Assembly (NCBI GenBank): GCA_020536535.1
Contig: JAHLWZ010000971.1
Coordinates: 1 to 35,507, forward strand
DNA length: 35,507 nucleotides
Source: Pelomyxa schiedti
Lineage: Eukaryota > Protista > Evosea
Direction of reading: 5' to 3'
The notes beneath the pieces were generated by a model. It had not been told where the DNA came from, searched no databases, and worked only from the letters and a program-made list of their open reading frames with translations. Below are positions 35,387 to 35,507 of this stretch, one piece after another; positions within the stretch are counted from its first letter, which is position 1, and the number at the start of each line of letters is the position of its first letter. A program made the position numbers and the translations under genes.

Positions 35387-35507
35387 ACCCAAAGGCCATC
35401 TTGGGTCATGGGTGAACCCTTCGAGGATAGACTCAAAACATGGGACCAAGTCAGTTGCCACAGAGTTTCTTATCTCAACGTTCTACTTGGGATGAGAAAG
35501 AGGAGTA
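35387..35507. repeat. 121-nt perfect direct copy of 33990-34110, running to the window end
   Basis: acccaaaggccatcttgggtc...gaaagaggagta is identical at both positions. Confidence 0.95.

Overview
Gene-dense eukaryotic (protist-like) DNA, not prokaryotic. Most genes are split by many very short spliceosomal introns (~30-50 nt), so the six-frame ORF track shows only exon fragments. From left to right: a truncated POT/PTR peptide-transporter fragment; a frameshifted Sel1-repeat pseudogene (-); a RING-finger gene (+); a ~12.6 kb LYST/LvsB-like BEACH-WD40 gene (-); a secreted GH99/GH71-like glycosidase (+); an OTU1/YOD1-like deubiquitinase (+); a secreted GH43_24 galactanase with a ricin-B/CBM13 domain (-); an oxysterol-binding protein (+); a SNAPC4-like Myb protein (-); a hypothetical type I membrane protein (+); and a possible small gene (-). 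The most striking element is at the right end. Manual splicing gives a single intron-containing gene (-) that fuses two cobalamin-binding-type radical SAM modules and a zinc-ribbon class I methyltransferase, all of bacterial type. Its 5' end is broken by an inverted-plus-direct template-switch duplication at the window edge, probably an amplification or assembly chimera. The overall style (Sel1 repeats, tiny introns, bacterial-type enzymes) is reminiscent of an archamoeba such as Pelomyxa, but that is only an inference. Exon boundaries were read by eye and are approximate.
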